Part shown: piece by piece, positions 31,388 through 32,000 of the stretch
Layout of the letters: every line of letters begins with the position of its first letter
Position numbering within the stretch: the stretch's first letter is position 1
Source: Bdellovibrionales bacterium
GTDB lineage: Bacteria; Bdellovibrionota; Bdellovibrionia; Bdellovibrionales; UBA1609
Direction of reading: 5' to 3'
Length of the DNA: 32,000 nt
NCBI GenBank assembly: GCA_963692945.1
Contig: OY843585.1
Location: forward strand, 660,001-692,000
The notes under the pieces: model-generated
What the model saw: only the letters and a program-made list of their open reading frames with translations
The model's database searches: none
What the model was told of the DNA's origin: nothing
Program-made: the position numbers and the translations under genes

Positions 31388-32000
31388 ATGTTAACTCCTC
31401 AAGAAATGTCTCAATTTGTAGAAAGAACCTATCTACAAATGCAAGAAAAACTGAATGTATTTCGTTCTAAAAATTCTCGTCCGCTGACTTTGTCAGAAAA
31501 AGTGCTTTTTTCTCATCTTTCAAAGCCAGATCAATTTAAGGGCGATGAAAATTTTTTATCTTTAGCTCCTGACCGTGTCATTATGCAAGATGCGACGGCT
31601 CAAATGGCTATGCTGCAATTTATGTTAACAGGTAAAAATTCTGTTGCTGTTCCTGCAACCATTCACTGCGATCATTTAATTGTGGCTAAAGAAGGGATTC
31701 AAAAAGATATGAAATCAGCTCTTGTGTCTAATCGGGAAGTGTTTGATTTTTTATCTTCCGTAGCCAGTCGTTACAATATTGGATTTTGGAAACCCGGTTC
31801 AGGAATCATTCATCAAGTTGTTTTAGAAAACTATGCTTTTCCAGGAGGACTCATTATTGGAACTGATTCTCATACTCCCAATGCAGGTGGATTAGGAGTC
31901 TTAGCCATTGGTGTTGGTGGAGCGGATGCTACGGATGTTATGGCTGGATTTCCTTGGGAAGTGAAAAGACCAAAAATCACAGGTGTTCATCTCACAGGAA
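31388..32000 (+). CDS. acn: Aconitate hydratase, mitochondrial-type (AcnA/ACO2-like), N-terminal 204 aa; continues beyond the window
   Basis: Absent from the ORF track (open at the edge). [50 protein letters not shown] and [13 protein letters not shown] closely match the mitochondrial-type aconitase N-terminal domain. Confidence 0.9.
   Translation, partial: MLTPQEMSQFVERTYLQMQEKLNVFRSKNSRPLTLSEKVLFSHLSKPDQFKGDENFLSLAPDRVIMQDATAQMAMLQFMLTGKNSVAVPATIHCDHLIVAKEGIQKDMKSALVSNREVFDFLSSVASRYNIGFWKPGSGIIHQVVLENYAFPGGLIIGTDSHTPNAGGLGVLAIGVGGADATDVMAGFPWEVKRPKITGVHLTG

Noticed and set aside
1-32000. tRNA, rRNA, riboswitch or transposase/integrase genes
   Set aside because: I scanned the intergenic regions by eye for T-loop-like GGTTCRANYC motifs, cloverleaf-length GC-richer islands and known leader motifs, and found none. 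No ORF shows transposase or integrase motifs. This is a by-eye negative, so tRNAscan-SE and Infernal should confirm it.

Overview
AT-rich bacterial chromosomal segment from a Gram-negative-type organism (beta-barrel OMPs ending in Phe, a lipobox lipoprotein, an Slt-like transglycosylase). The taxon cannot be fixed from sequence alone. All assignments come from motif recognition by eye; no searches were run and no statistics computed.

Layout:
(1) 1-13.8 kb is housekeeping: partial Slt-like gene, htpX, dnaJ-dnaK, a relA/spoT homologue, an OMP, and pheS-pheT-ihfA-merR.
(2) About 13.83-24.88 kb looks like an accessory block, delimited and internally punctuated by copies of a palindromic repeat family. 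It encodes almost only signal-peptide proteins:
- a trypsin-like protease fused to nine Sel1 repeats
- a Cys-rich protein
- two tandem paralogous ODC-like PLP decarboxylases, preceded by a 3 x 55-bp tandem repeat
- a very regular hexapeptide-repeat protein
- a (GGCTAAA)x8 microsatellite
- a small plus a 747-aa secreted pair, with a decayed gene fragment downstream
- a small Cys-rich protein behind a 35-bp palindrome and a near-consensus promoter
- a sensor-less orphan histidine kinase
(3) 24.9-32 kb holds monothiol glutaredoxin, a small HNH nuclease, a complete topoisomerase VI B/A pair (unusual in bacteria) with lysine-rich tails, an exported methyltransferase-like lipoprotein, an OMP, a membrane protein and a partial mitochondrial-type aconitase.

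No tRNA, rRNA or CRISPR array was seen.

Most interesting:
- The repeat family has an invariant 32-nt loop, covarying stems, and terminal inverted repeats that overlap stop codons. It brackets the protease-Sel1 gene.
- The secreted decarboxylase/hexapeptide operon carries its own repeat-based candidate regulatory DNA.
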